NCBI GenBank assembly: GCA_963674765.1
Contig: OY771548.1
Coordinates: 6,094,006-6,158,005 of the forward strand
From: an uncultured Desulfosarcina sp.
GTDB taxonomy: Bacteria > Desulfobacterota > Desulfobacteria > Desulfobacterales > Desulfosarcinaceae
Length of the DNA: 64,000 nucleotides
Reading direction: 5' to 3'
The position numbers were made by a program, and so were the translations under genes. This document shows positions 21,280 through 32,158 of this stretch, one piece after another; within the stretch, counting starts at the first letter, position 1, and each line of letters opens with the position of its first letter. The notes below the pieces were generated by a model. The model did no database searches, had not been told where the DNA came from, and worked only from the letters and a program-made list of their open reading frames with translations.

Positions 21280-22287
21280 ATGCTTTTATTTACATGCAAA
21301 TGTCCCAATTGTTCGTCTGAAAATATCCGGAATGACTATGTATACAGCACAATTTCTAACGGTTATAAAAAAATGCTCCTTTGTCGAGACTGTTCATCTT
21401 CATTCTCAGAAACAAGAAACACTTTCCTGCAATCTATCAGGACGCCTGCCAGTAAAATCTGGAAAGTCTTAAAGGCCCGAACTGAGGGAACGTCACTCAA
21501 TGCCACCTGCCGGATTTTTGACATCGCTAAAAACACCCTTCTTGCCTGGGAACGAAAATTCTCTTATCTTTATCGTGCCTTATTCATCTATTCAATGGCG
21601 CACACGTTCATCCAGTCAGTCATCGAAGGAGATGAATTCTATACAAAAGTCCAGAAAAATGTTCCTCCTGAAGAATCTTCCGGATGGACTATCGTTCTCA
21701 TGGATAGAGCCAGCCGTTTTATTTGGGAAATGAGCTGCGGCAAAAAGGACAGATCCCTTTTTGAAAAAGCAATCAAGACACTGGCAGAACTTATCAATCA
21801 AACTGAAGACATAACCCTTCTGACAGATGGTGAACGTCGATATGGAAAAATTCTCTTTGAAATATGCCACGAGCTTTTCCAAACTGGTATGCGTGGTCGT
21901 CCTCGGAAAGTGTTGAAAAAGGGAGTTACCGTCAGGGTAAAAAACAAAGGCTCCCAAGCCCATAAGAAAGGACGCAAAAGGCCAAAATACCAGACAACAT
22001 GTCCGCAACACCCTGAGACCACAAACCATATTACAGATAAGGAAACACACGCCAACCACGTTGAAGCCAACAATAGCGCAATGCGCCGAAAATGTTCCGC
22101 GTATAGAAGAAAAACAAATACATATGCAAAATCAGAAACCGGTCTTCAACGTGTGTTGAACGTTTATTGGGTTGTCCATAACTTCCTCAGAGTTCACTTT
22201 ACAACCAAAGAAGTGCCTGCTGTCAGTTTAGGAGTAATAGAATGCGAGACCACTCCGGAATCGCTTTTCAGTGCACAATACATATAA
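21280..22287 (+). CDS. IS1-family transposase (single ORF)
   Basis: Zn finger CPNC...CRDC, HTH, DE-FYT/TDG/HVEANN DDE motif. Confidence 0.88.
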   Translation: MLLFTCKCPNCSSENIRNDYVYSTISNGYKKMLLCRDCSSSFSETRNTFLQSIRTPASKIWKVLKARTEGTSLNATCRIFDIAKNTLLAWERKFSYLYRALFIYSMAHTFIQSVIEGDEFYTKVQKNVPPEESSGWTIVLMDRASRFIWEMSCGKKDRSLFEKAIKTLAELINQTEDITLLTDGERRYGKILFEICHELFQTGMRGRPRKVLKKGVTVRVKNKGSQAHKKGRKRPKYQTTCPQHPETTNHITDKETHANHVEANNSAMRRKCSAYRRKTNTYAKSETGLQRVLNVYWVVHNFLRVHFTTKEVPAVSLGVIECETTPESLFSAQYI

Positions 22288-22290
22288 CTA

Positions 22291-23983
22291 GTGTCCATCC
22301 ACGAAAATAAGTAACTGGAATAAATAAAAAAAGCGCATTTTGTGCTGGAATTTTCTCACCATGTGTAGTATAAAGTATTTTGCCAAACACTTAAAAAAAC
22401 TACATAAACAAGAAAAAGGGTCAACACAAAATGCGCGAAAAACAACAAAAACAAATGCCGCTGATCGATCTTCCCACAGGTCATCCCAAAGAAATAGAGC
22501 TGGAGATGATCAGCAACATCCTTGACGATACTTCTACCATTTACGATCATGTTCTGCAAGATCTCAACGGTAATCTGAAGGTAGAACGTCACCGAACCGG
22601 TGCTAATGGGATGAGCGCCGAGCAGGTAACCCGGGCCGCGATCGTGATGAAGCTTTTCAACTTCACCTATGAAGATTTGGCATTTCATATCTCTGACTCC
22701 AGATCGCTCAGACGATTTTGCAGAATTGGTATTTTCGATAAGGGTTTCAAGAAATCTGCCCTGAATGAAAATATCAAAAGGATCCGTCCGGGGACTTGGG
22801 AGCTGATCTCCCTGGACCTGTTGGCATATGCAAAAGACAACAACATTGAAAAAGGCCGAAAGACCCGGGTTGATTGTACCGTCGTCGAGAGCAACATCCA
22901 CCTGCCATGTGATTCCATGCAGTTGTACGACTCAGTGCGTGTGCTTACGCGGTTGTTGACCCAACTCCGGGATGACTTCAGAATCAAAATCATTTTCACG
23001 GATCACCGTCGCCGTGCGAAAAAGCGGATGACCGCCATCCAATACGCCAATGGGGAGAAACAACGACTGTCCCCGTATAAAGACCTTCTCAAGGTCACCA
23101 AAAAGACCATCGGCTACGCGATCAAAGCCGAGGAAATTATAAGCAGACGCTGCACCGCTAATTTTGAATTGCTCGGCTTACTGGACGCCATTAAACATTA
23201 TGGTGATCTGGCCCGTCAGGTCTACGACCAGACTTACCGCCGGGTTATTCAAGGCGAAAGCGTGCCGGCCGACCAAAAGGTGTTTTCAATTTTCGAAGAC
23301 CATACCGACATCATCATCAAAGACCGCCGGGAAAACCATTATGGTCATAAGATTTGCCTGACCGGGGGAGCCTCGAACCTTATCCTTGATTGTGTCATTC
23401 TCGAGGGCAATCCCGCAGACAGTACACTGGTTGAACAGATGCTGGACCGCCAGAATCAGGTCTATGGACGTTACCCACTGAAAGTAGCCCTGGACGGTGG
23501 CTTTGCATCCAAAGGTAATCTGCGCATTGCCAAAGCCAAAGGGATCAGAGATGTCTGCTTTGCCAAAAAGCGAGGTCTTAAAGAAACCGACATGTGTCGC
23601 AGTCATTATGTGTATAAAAAGCTTCGCCAATTCCGCGCCGGGATCGAATCGGGCATATCCTGGCTCAAACGCAGTTTCGGCTTGACCCGGTGCACCTGGA
23701 AAGGTTTTCGTGCTTTCAAAAGTTATGTGCTTTCGTCAGTGGTTGCGGCCAACCTGCTGACAATCGCGCGAAAGCAATTGGCTGCTGCTTAGCTGCGCAG
23801 CCAGGAAAAAGCCGGTTATCGATAACGAGGGGAAAGGTGCGCCCAGAGGAGCTCTTTTATAGAGCATATGTCCATATTTGCCTGCTTTTTTCAGTCTGCA
23901 GTGCCTTGGAGAAGTTCTTCCCTTCGTTGCCCCGTTTTTACTTCTCTGCACGCCGCTGAAAAGACCAATTTATGGACGGACAC
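22291..23983 (+). mobile_element. ISNCY-family IS, copy 2
   Basis: Same 1693 bp; flanked by TAACTA on both sides. Confidence 0.92.
22431..23792 (+). CDS. DDE transposase (453 aa)
   Basis: Identical protein to 14459-15820. Confidence 0.95.
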   Translation: MREKQQKQMPLIDLPTGHPKEIELEMISNILDDTSTIYDHVLQDLNGNLKVERHRTGANGMSAEQVTRAAIVMKLFNFTYEDLAFHISDSRSLRRFCRIGIFDKGFKKSALNENIKRIRPGTWELISLDLLAYAKDNNIEKGRKTRVDCTVVESNIHLPCDSMQLYDSVRVLTRLLTQLRDDFRIKIIFTDHRRRAKKRMTAIQYANGEKQRLSPYKDLLKVTKKTIGYAIKAEEIISRRCTANFELLGLLDAIKHYGDLARQVYDQTYRRVIQGESVPADQKVFSIFEDHTDIIIKDRRENHYGHKICLTGGASNLILDCVILEGNPADSTLVEQMLDRQNQVYGRYPLKVALDGGFASKGNLRIAKAKGIRDVCFAKKRGLKETDMCRSHYVYKKLRQFRAGIESGISWLKRSFGLTRCTWKGFRAFKSYVLSSVVAANLLTIARKQLAAA

Positions 23984-23989
23984 TAACTA

Positions 23990-25682
23990 GTGTCCATCCA
24001 CGAAAATAAGTAACTGGAATAAATAAAAAAAGCGCATTTTGTGCTGGAATTTTCTCACCATGTGTAGTATAAAGTATTTTGCCAAACACTTAAAAAAACT
24101 ACATAAACAAGAAAAAGGGTCAACACAAAATGCGCGAAAAACAACAAAAACAAATGCCGCTGATCGATCTTCCCACAGGTCATCCCAAAGAAATAGAGCT
24201 GGAGATGATCAGCAACATCCTTGACGATACTTCTACCATTTACGATCATGTTCTGCAAGATCTCAACGGTAATCTGAAGGTAGAACGTCACCGAACCGGT
24301 GCTAATGGGATGAGCGCCGAGCAGGTAACCCGGGCCGCGATCGTGATGAAGCTTTTCAACTTCACCTATGAAGATTTGGCATTTCATATCTCTGACTCCA
24401 GATCGCTCAGACGATTTTGCAGAATTGGTATTTTCGATAAGGGTTTCAAGAAATCTGCCCTGAATGAAAATATCAAAAGGATCCGTCCGGGGACTTGGGA
24501 GCTGATCTCCCTGGACCTGTTGGCATATGCAAAAGACAACAACATTGAAAAAGGCCGAAAGACCCGGGTTGATTGTACCGTCGTCGAGAGCAACATCCAC
24601 CTGCCATGTGATTCCATGCAGTTGTACGACTCAGTGCGTGTGCTTACGCGGTTGTTGACCCAACTCCGGGATGACTTCAGAATCAAAATCATTTTCACGG
24701 ATCACCGTCGCCGTGCGAAAAAGCGGATGACCGCCATCCAATACGCCAATGGGGAGAAACAACGACTGTCCCCGTATAAAGACCTTCTCAAGGTCACCAA
24801 AAAGACCATCGGCTACGCGATCAAAGCCGAGGAAATTATAAGCAGACGCTGCACCGCTAATTTTGAATTGCTCGGCTTACTGGACGCCATTAAACATTAT
24901 GGTGATCTGGCCCGTCAGGTCTACGACCAGACTTACCGCCGGGTTATTCAAGGCGAAAGCGTGCCGGCCGACCAAAAGGTGTTTTCAATTTTCGAAGACC
25001 ATACCGACATCATCATCAAAGACCGCCGGGAAAACCATTATGGTCATAAGATTTGCCTGACCGGGGGAGCCTCGAACCTTATCCTTGATTGTGTCATTCT
25101 CGAGGGCAATCCCGCAGACAGTACACTGGTTGAACAGATGCTGGACCGCCAGAATCAGGTCTATGGACGTTACCCACTGAAAGTAGCCCTGGACGGTGGC
25201 TTTGCATCCAAAGGTAATCTGCGCATTGCCAAAGCCAAAGGGATCAGAGATGTCTGCTTTGCCAAAAAGCGAGGTCTTAAAGAAACCGACATGTGTCGCA
25301 GTCATTATGTGTATAAAAAGCTTCGCCAATTCCGCGCCGGGATCGAATCGGGCATATCCTGGCTCAAACGCAGTTTCGGCTTGACCCGGTGCACCTGGAA
25401 AGGTTTTCGTGCTTTCAAAAGTTATGTGCTTTCGTCAGTGGTTGCGGCCAACCTGCTGACAATCGCGCGAAAGCAATTGGCTGCTGCTTAGCTGCGCAGC
25501 CAGGAAAAAGCCGGTTATCGATAACGAGGGGAAAGGTGCGCCCAGAGGAGCTCTTTTATAGAGCATATGTCCATATTTGCCTGCTTTTTTCAGTCTGCAG
25601 TGCCTTGGAGAAGTTCTTCCCTTCGTTGCCCCGTTTTTACTTCTCTGCACGCCGCTGAAAAGACCAATTTATGGACGGACAC
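23990..25682 (+). mobile_element. ISNCY-family IS, copy 3 (tandem)
   Basis: Same 1693 bp; flanked by TAACTA on both sides. Confidence 0.92.
24130..25491 (+). CDS. DDE transposase (453 aa)
   Basis: Identical protein to the other copies. Confidence 0.95.
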   Translation: MREKQQKQMPLIDLPTGHPKEIELEMISNILDDTSTIYDHVLQDLNGNLKVERHRTGANGMSAEQVTRAAIVMKLFNFTYEDLAFHISDSRSLRRFCRIGIFDKGFKKSALNENIKRIRPGTWELISLDLLAYAKDNNIEKGRKTRVDCTVVESNIHLPCDSMQLYDSVRVLTRLLTQLRDDFRIKIIFTDHRRRAKKRMTAIQYANGEKQRLSPYKDLLKVTKKTIGYAIKAEEIISRRCTANFELLGLLDAIKHYGDLARQVYDQTYRRVIQGESVPADQKVFSIFEDHTDIIIKDRRENHYGHKICLTGGASNLILDCVILEGNPADSTLVEQMLDRQNQVYGRYPLKVALDGGFASKGNLRIAKAKGIRDVCFAKKRGLKETDMCRSHYVYKKLRQFRAGIESGISWLKRSFGLTRCTWKGFRAFKSYVLSSVVAANLLTIARKQLAAA

Positions 25683-25736
25683 TAACTAACCAAAATAGTG
25701 AGTTATAGTTGTTACCTATTCAACTGAACCAGTGCC

Positions 25737-26441
25737 CAGAAAGAGGGTGCCGCCTTCCGCCTGGGCGATGAGCCCTTCCTTTGCATGCGTCGCACCGGTA
25801 AACACCCCTTTTTCATGGCCGAAAAGGATGCTTTCAACCAGCGTCTCAGGCAGTGCGCCGCAATCGATGACAACGAAATTCTTGTTCGCCCGTGGGCTAT
25901 TTTCATGGATGGCTTTGGCGAACAACTCCTTGCCGCACCCGGTTTCTCCCCAGATCAAAACGCTGCTGTCCGTTGCGGCGGCTTTGGCAGCCTCATCCAA
26001 GCATCTGAGCATCGCCGTAGGCTCTCCGACAATGTCGACTCGTTTCAAGACGGCGAGGGTCCTGGTAGCCGCCTTCTCTTCATGGTATTGGAGTGCACAG
26101 GCGATGGGGAGCGTGACTTCTTCGGCCAAGAAAGGCTTCTTCACGTAGTCCCAGGCCCCGTAGTTGAAAGCGATTTCGGCTCCTTCGGCGTCACCGGTAC
26201 CGGTAATTATAATCACCTCCGGCGCGCTGGGCAGATTGATCAGGTCCGGCAGAATTTCCAGACCGTTGCCTTCCGGGAAATCCAGGTCCAACAGGATCAG
26301 ATCGTATTCGTTCGCCCGGGCGGCGCTCAGACCGTCTTGCAGGTTGTCGATGGACAAGGGCGAATGCCCCATGCCGTGGGTAATTTTTTCCAACAGCAAC
26401 CGTGCATTGGGATCGTCGTCGATAATCAGAATCTGAGCCAT
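25737..26441 (-). pseudogene. Sigma-54-dependent (NtrC-type) response regulator truncated by IS1
   Basis: [17 protein letters not shown]; ends at GGTLFL just before the Walker B DE, where the IS1 IR begins. Confidence 0.92.
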
Positions 26442-26470
26442 TGTATCTCCGTATGAAACCGGTTAACCGG

Positions 26471-29395
26471 TTATGCGCTCTTTTTGTCGAGGACGTTTCG
26501 GATGCATTGCGCCAGCTCCCTTTCCAGGATCGGTTTTTTCAACACGGCCCCGACGCCGATGGATTGCAACCGATCGACATCAAGATCTTCGCTGAAACCG
26601 GTCTGGATGATGACCGGCACCTGCGAATCTGTTTCACGGATGCGGCGCGAAAACGCTTCTCCGTTCATTGCCGGCATGGTCATGTCGGTGATGATCAGGT
26701 CGAAAGCGTCCGGTTGGGATTGGAAAACGTCGATGGCCTGGTCTGCATCGGCGAAGGCCGTAACCCTATACCCCAGGCGGCTCAACAATTCGGTCAGCAT
26801 CTCCGTGATCGATTTTTCGTCATCCACAACCAGGATGTGTTCCGTGCCGCCGGGGATTTCCATCTCGCCGGCGTCCTGGTTAACCGCTTGCCCCTCCTTG
26901 GCGCAGGGCAGATAGATGTAGAACGAGGTCCCCTGGCCCGGTTCGCTGTAGGCGGTGATATGGCCGCCATGCTTTTTTACGATGCCGTGCACCACGGCCA
27001 ACCCCACCCCGGTTCCCTTCCCCTTCTTTTTGGTCGTGAAATAGGGATCGAAAACTTTCCTGAGCGTATCCTGATCCATTCCGTGGCCGGTATCGCTGAC
27101 CCCCAACTTCACGTGCCTGCCGATCCGGACATCCGACATTCCCGGGAAATCCTGGGGCCCGATTTCCGTCTCTTCCAAAGAGATCGTGATGCGGCCTTTC
27201 CGGCTGCCGATGGCATGGTGGGCATTGGTGCATAGGTTCATCATGATCTGGTGGATTTGGGTCGGGTCGGCCAGCACCGGACAGCAGTGGGGAGAGATCC
27301 TTTGATTGATTTCAATGTTTGCGGGGATGGACGCCCGCAAGAGTTCGATTACTTCCCTGATGATGGCGTGGACCTGGACGGATTCGAAGCCCGCTTCTCT
27401 TTGCCGGCTGAATGCAAGAATATGGCTGACCAGATCCCTGGCCCGCAATCCGGCCTGGAGGACCCGTTCGAGGTGCCCTCTGGTCTGGTGGCCTTCCGGC
27501 AAATCAGCGATGCTGATTTGGGTAAAACCGATGACGGATGAAAGGATATTATTAAAATCATGGGCGATCCCTCCGGCAAGGGTGCCGATGGCCTCCATTT
27601 TTTGGGCCTGCAGGAGTCTTCTCTCCGCTTTTTCTTTTTCGACTTCCGCCTCTTTGAGCTTCGTTACATCCTGGACCGTTCCGATCAGCTTGACCGGGTT
27701 CCCATCGTTGTCGCACTCGACATGGCCCAACCCATGGACATACTTGACGCTTCCATCCGGAAGCAGAACGCGATTGAAGATATCGATTCCCGTCCTGTTT
27801 TCGATTGCACGATTGATATGCTCGTCAATGCGTGTCCGGTCTTCCGGATGCACCCGTTCAAAAAAAGCGTCGAAGGATACTCCTGATGGCCTCTTCTCCA
27901 TCTCGAAGATGCGATACATCTCATCGGACCACATGGGATTTTTTTCGCCCACCTTGTATTCCCAATGTCCCAAGCGGGCGATTTGTTGGGCCTTCCGATG
28001 CAATCGTTCGCTTTTTTTGAGGGAGTCTTCTGCCCGTTTACGGCTGCTGATATCGGTGGCCAGGGAAATGGCGAATTCCTGCCCGCCATATTCGAGCAGG
28101 TGGGAGTTGATCTCTACCGGGAACTCATGGCCGTCTTTTCGTCGATGGGTCGTTTCAAAATTATCCATTCCCTGACTGTGCAAGGCTTGCCATACTCCCC
28201 CCCAATTTCCACTGTTTATTGTGGGATCGATATCAAAAAGCGACATGCCGGCCAATTCATCTCTGGTGTATCCGAGACTTTCAGCCGCTTTATCATTCAC
28301 CTCGATGATTCTCGCATCCGAATCAATCCGATAAATTCCCACGCCAACTTTTTCAAAAACAAATCGGGTGACGAGTAACGACGATTCCAATTGTTTGCGC
28401 AGCGTGATGTCGGCGTGCGTTCCGATGAATCGGGTGGGCTCTCCCTGATCGTTGCGAGCGACGATTCTCCCTTTGCCCTGAATCCACATATAATCGCCAC
28501 TTTGGCGCAAGAACCGGAATTCTACATCAAATTCGTCGAGATTGCCTGCCAGATACCGGCGAACGGTTGATTTCGTCCGATCGACGTCGTCCGGGTGGAC
28601 CCGTTTCTCCCACTCCTCGAATGCAGCGGGGAATTCACCGGGCGAGTACCCGGCGATCCGATAATACCGGTGATCGAAATGGAGGGTGTTGTTTTCGATA
28701 TCCCAGTCCCAGATCCCCTCATTCGCACCCGACAACGCCAGGTCAAGACGCTCCTGGCTATCCCGGTAGCGTCTTTCGGATGCCTGCAATTCGGCCTGCG
28801 CCAAATGACTTTTTTCTTGGCGGGCGAGCAAAAGGCCGACAAACAGGAGGCCGATGTAAACCGCAGCGCCATAGGGCAACGCCATGGCCTTCAATAATAC
28901 CCAGCCATTCGGCAGGTCTTTGTAAAAAAGGAACCCCGGAAGAATAAAGACGGTTGCTGCCAGCGCACTTAGTGCGGCCTTGTAAATATTGTCTATTTTA
29001 TCGCGCCGGTTGTAAAACACCGCACCGGCAAGAGCGGATAAACCGACCCCGATAACGCCTGCCAAAGCGCCCGTTCCGCCTAAATGGATTCGGTAGCTAC
29101 CGGCTAAAAAAGCACACAGAACGGCGGACAGTGGCCCCCCGAAAGCGCCGGAAAGCGCAACGACCGTATTTCTTTGGTCAAAAATGACCCCTTCGGCGAC
29201 GGGGATTTTGACGTGCATACACGCAATCGCCAAAAGCCCGAAAGCCAAACCCACCGCGGCTTGTCGCAATCGCGGGGATGCTTTCTTGAAATGGCTGTAT
29301 AGAACACCATAAACAGCCACGAGAAGAATAAAAAAGGCCAGGTTGTTAAACATGCCCAAGAAGAGCGCATTACCCGTAACCATCGTTGACTCCAC
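26471..29395 (-). CDS. Hybrid sensor kinase, 5TM-5TMR_LYT + 3 PAS + HisKA + HATPase + REC
   Basis: AHDFNNIL, GTGVGL, ILVVDDE...DMTMP. Confidence 0.93.
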   Translation of the reverse strand: MESTMVTGNALFLGMFNNLAFFILLVAVYGVLYSHFKKASPRLRQAAVGLAFGLLAIACMHVKIPVAEGVIFDQRNTVVALSGAFGGPLSAVLCAFLAGSYRIHLGGTGALAGVIGVGLSALAGAVFYNRRDKIDNIYKAALSALAATVFILPGFLFYKDLPNGWVLLKAMALPYGAAVYIGLLFVGLLLARQEKSHLAQAELQASERRYRDSQERLDLALSGANEGIWDWDIENNTLHFDHRYYRIAGYSPGEFPAAFEEWEKRVHPDDVDRTKSTVRRYLAGNLDEFDVEFRFLRQSGDYMWIQGKGRIVARNDQGEPTRFIGTHADITLRKQLESSLLVTRFVFEKVGVGIYRIDSDARIIEVNDKAAESLGYTRDELAGMSLFDIDPTINSGNWGGVWQALHSQGMDNFETTHRRKDGHEFPVEINSHLLEYGGQEFAISLATDISSRKRAEDSLKKSERLHRKAQQIARLGHWEYKVGEKNPMWSDEMYRIFEMEKRPSGVSFDAFFERVHPEDRTRIDEHINRAIENRTGIDIFNRVLLPDGSVKYVHGLGHVECDNDGNPVKLIGTVQDVTKLKEAEVEKEKAERRLLQAQKMEAIGTLAGGIAHDFNNILSSVIGFTQISIADLPEGHQTRGHLERVLQAGLRARDLVSHILAFSRQREAGFESVQVHAIIREVIELLRASIPANIEINQRISPHCCPVLADPTQIHQIMMNLCTNAHHAIGSRKGRITISLEETEIGPQDFPGMSDVRIGRHVKLGVSDTGHGMDQDTLRKVFDPYFTTKKKGKGTGVGLAVVHGIVKKHGGHITAYSEPGQGTSFYIYLPCAKEGQAVNQDAGEMEIPGGTEHILVVDDEKSITEMLTELLSRLGYRVTAFADADQAIDVFQSQPDAFDLIITDMTMPAMNGEAFSRRIRETDSQVPVIIQTGFSEDLDVDRLQSIGVGAVLKKPILERELAQCIRNVLDKKSA

Positions 29396-29689
29396 CCCAA
29401 TCCAGATAAAAATCGAATCGTCACCCGATTAGAACAAATGTCGGCAATTTCGGATGGTTCTTGAACCTTTTCTAATAACCTGCCTATGCAAAAAAGGCAA
29501 CTTTCCCCGAATTGTTGGCATGACGAACTCCGGTATCTGCGAAACGTCAGTTCTATCGCTAAAGTTTTTCCGCAAACGGTCAATAATGCGTGCATCGTGA
29601 ACCCGCATTCGTTGACATTGCATCTGAGCTGCCTGCCCCTGTTCACCCGAAGCTGTTTGGTGCGACCACGATCCGAAACCCATAATTGA

Positions 29690-30320
29690 GTCACGAACCT
29701 CCGGCAAAGCCGGAGGCTTGAATTGTGAACCGCTCAAAGCGGTGTTAAAGACCATTAACCGCCTGAAGGCGGTCAAAGGGTTACGTAAACAGCTTTAGCT
29801 GATCAATCCGCCGGTCTTCTTGCTGTTGATGTTTTATATAATCTCGGATCGCTTTCTCATCGCGGCCCACTGTTGAAACAAAGTATCCTCGTGCCCAAAA
29901 GCTCTGACCGGTATAATTGCGAGACTTGCCTGTATAATTCCTTGCAATGTGGATTGCGCTTTTGCCCTTTATGTATCCAACCACCTGTGAGACTGAATAC
30001 TTTGGCGGAATCGATATCAGTGCATGTACATGATCAGGCATCAAATGTCCTTCTTCGATCTCGCTTTCTTTTTGCCGTGCCAATTCGCGAAAAACTTTTC
30101 CAAGGTGGTTGCGTAAGTTGTCATATATTACGCTTTTACGATATTTGGGAATCCAGACTACATGATACTTGCATTCCCATACGGTGTGGCTTAAGCTCTT
30201 ATTATTATTCATCGAAATCCTTCCTTTCTGTGATCTTTGAGCGGGTCACGACGGAAGGATTTCGTTTATTCCAGGAACTGTCAAACTCTGTGAGTCCCCC
30301 GGCAAAGCCGGGGGTTTACC
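29690..30320 (-). mobile_element. IS200/IS605-family element (tnpA only); ends approximate
   Basis: Subterminal hairpins CCTCCGGC-AAA-GCCGGAGG (29698-29716) and CCCCCGGC-AAA-GCCGGGGG (30296-30314). Confidence 0.85.
29781..30212 (-). CDS. tnpA: IS200-type Y1 HUH transposase
   Basis: YHVVWIPKYR, DHVH, FWARGY, YIKHQ. Confidence 0.95.
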   Translation of the reverse strand: MNNNKSLSHTVWECKYHVVWIPKYRKSVIYDNLRNHLGKVFRELARQKESEIEEGHLMPDHVHALISIPPKYSVSQVVGYIKGKSAIHIARNYTGKSRNYTGQSFWARGYFVSTVGRDEKAIRDYIKHQQQEDRRIDQLKLFT

Positions 30321-30554
30321 GGTTATTATTATTTCAAAAGTTATCCTCCGGTACCAAGAAAATATTGAGAAATATAGATTCAAATTTTGCGACAGGTAGC
30401 TTCTATCATTTCGTAGGACAATACCTGACGAAAAATACCTGTCCCGTCCTACACCAAAATAAGAAGCCCGCTTATACCTTTTCATGATTGATAGACTTAC
30501 GTTTCAATTAAAACTTGGAATTAAATCATCAACTCATCGACAAAGGAGAAAGCT

Positions 30555-32036
30555 ATGTATCCTTCCACGAAAACTCCCTTACGCTATCTATTGGTTGCAC
30601 TGACCGTTGCTCTGGCGCTGGGCTTGACCCAGTGTCAATCCCAGTCCGACCATATCAGCGTGGCCTCGGCCACTAAAGATGAAAGGGTTAAACCCACCGC
30701 CGCCGAGGTATCGACAACCGGCTGGAGAACCGCCATCGCTCAGGTGGCGCGGGAAAACATACCGGCCGTGGTTCATATCGATGTCACCCAGCGGCGAGAA
30801 ATAGCCGCCCCGATGATGCCTTTCGGAAACGATCCGTTTTTCCGTTTCTTCTTTAACGGCAACCAACCGCCGCAAAAATTCAAACAGGAGTTGAGGGGCC
30901 TGGGAACCGGCATGCTCATCGACGATGAAGGCAATATACTGACCAACAACCATGTCGTTACCGGAGCAACCGAAATCAATGTCCTTTTGGCCGACGGCAC
31001 CGCCTACCCGGCCAAGCTGGTGGGCACCGATCCCAAAACCGATCTGGCGGTCATTCGCATTAAGGCGGACAAGCCATTGCCATCGGTGACCTTCGGTGAC
31101 TCGGATCATATGGAGGTCGGCGACTGGGTCGTGGCCATCGGCCATCCCCGTGGGCTCGACCAGACCGTCACCCAAGGGATCATCAGCGCCAAGCACCGAC
31201 GCGGCGTTTTAAACCCGACCTCCTACCAGGATTACCTGCAGACCGATGCGGCGATCAACCCGGGCAACAGCGGCGGGCCGTTGATTAACCTGGCCGGACA
31301 GGTCGTGGGGGTCAACGCCGCCATCGCCACCGATTCGGGAGGATTCGAGGGAATCGGTTTCGCTATTCCAAGCAACATGGCAGTACATGTGGCCAAGGCC
31401 CTCATCGACCACGGCAAGGTTGTCCGTGGCTGGTTAGGTGTCAGTATTAAAGACCTGACCCCGGATCAGATAAAATCCATGAAGCTGGACGGTAAAAAGG
31501 GCGCCGTGATCACCGATGTGGTCCCCAACAGCCCGGCCGCCGAAGCAGGTTTAAAAAAAGATGATCTGGTCGTCAACTTCAAGGGCAAAGCCATTTCTGA
31601 TGCGTCCTCGCTGCAACGGTTGGTAGGCGATACCCCCGTGGGTGACACGGCTATATTGACGGTCAGACGGGACGGTAAATCCGTCGACCTAACGGTAAAA
31701 ATCGGCAATCTGGATGATGCGGTGCACAGCATCGCCGCTTCCCTGGAGGATCGCATTGGTGCCGTGGTCCGCCCCCTTAAAGCCGACGAGCGCAGCAGAT
31801 ATGGGCTTGAGTCAGGCCAAGGGGTGGCCATTGCCTCCCTGGACAAGGGCGGTCCGTTGGAAACTGTCGGATTCGAGAAAAATGACGTCATCCTGAATGT
31901 GAATAACATGCCTGTAGAAGGGGTTGAAGGATTCGTGGCCTTGATCAAATCCCTGCCTGCCCATCAACAGGTCCTGGTAAAAGCCCTGGATAATCGAACC
32001 GGGCAAAGCGGGTTTGTTCAGGTAACCATTGGATAA
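30555..32036 (+). CDS. degP: Do/DegQ (HtrA) serine endoprotease with two PDZ domains
   Basis: TNNHVV, DLAV, INPGNSGG; signal peptide; SD AAGGAG. Confidence 0.93.
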   Translation: MYPSTKTPLRYLLVALTVALALGLTQCQSQSDHISVASATKDERVKPTAAEVSTTGWRTAIAQVARENIPAVVHIDVTQRREIAAPMMPFGNDPFFRFFFNGNQPPQKFKQELRGLGTGMLIDDEGNILTNNHVVTGATEINVLLADGTAYPAKLVGTDPKTDLAVIRIKADKPLPSVTFGDSDHMEVGDWVVAIGHPRGLDQTVTQGIISAKHRRGVLNPTSYQDYLQTDAAINPGNSGGPLINLAGQVVGVNAAIATDSGGFEGIGFAIPSNMAVHVAKALIDHGKVVRGWLGVSIKDLTPDQIKSMKLDGKKGAVITDVVPNSPAAEAGLKKDDLVVNFKGKAISDASSLQRLVGDTPVGDTAILTVRRDGKSVDLTVKIGNLDDAVHSIAASLEDRIGAVVRPLKADERSRYGLESGQGVAIASLDKGGPLETVGFEKNDVILNVNNMPVEGVEGFVALIKSLPAHQQVLVKALDNRTGQSGFVQVTIG

Positions 32037-32047
32037 CATCATCGGTC

Positions 32048-32084
32048 GTCCGTCCGGTAAGCCGCGGCATGCTTCCGGACGGAC
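32048..32084. other. Intergenic hairpin between degP and ftsH
   Basis: GTCCGTCCGG...CCGGACGGAC; no U-tract. Confidence 0.4.
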
Positions 32085-32158
32085 AACCGTCATAGCTCCT
32101 ATCCTTTTTAATCCTACAGGTTCGAGTCCCACCGATTATTCGTTTGCGGAGGTCAGCC

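Larger units (their letters stand above)
21163..25736 (+). mobile_element. IS1-family element carrying two nested ISNCY copies
   Basis: Perfect IR GGCACTGGTTCAGTTGAATAGGT at 21163 and its inverse ending at 25736; no flanking TSD. Confidence 0.9.

Noticed and set aside
32114-32134. GGTTCGAGTCCC, resembling a tRNA T-loop or att site
   Set aside because: The T-stem does not pair (ACAGG/CCCAC) and there is no cloverleaf or integrase nearby
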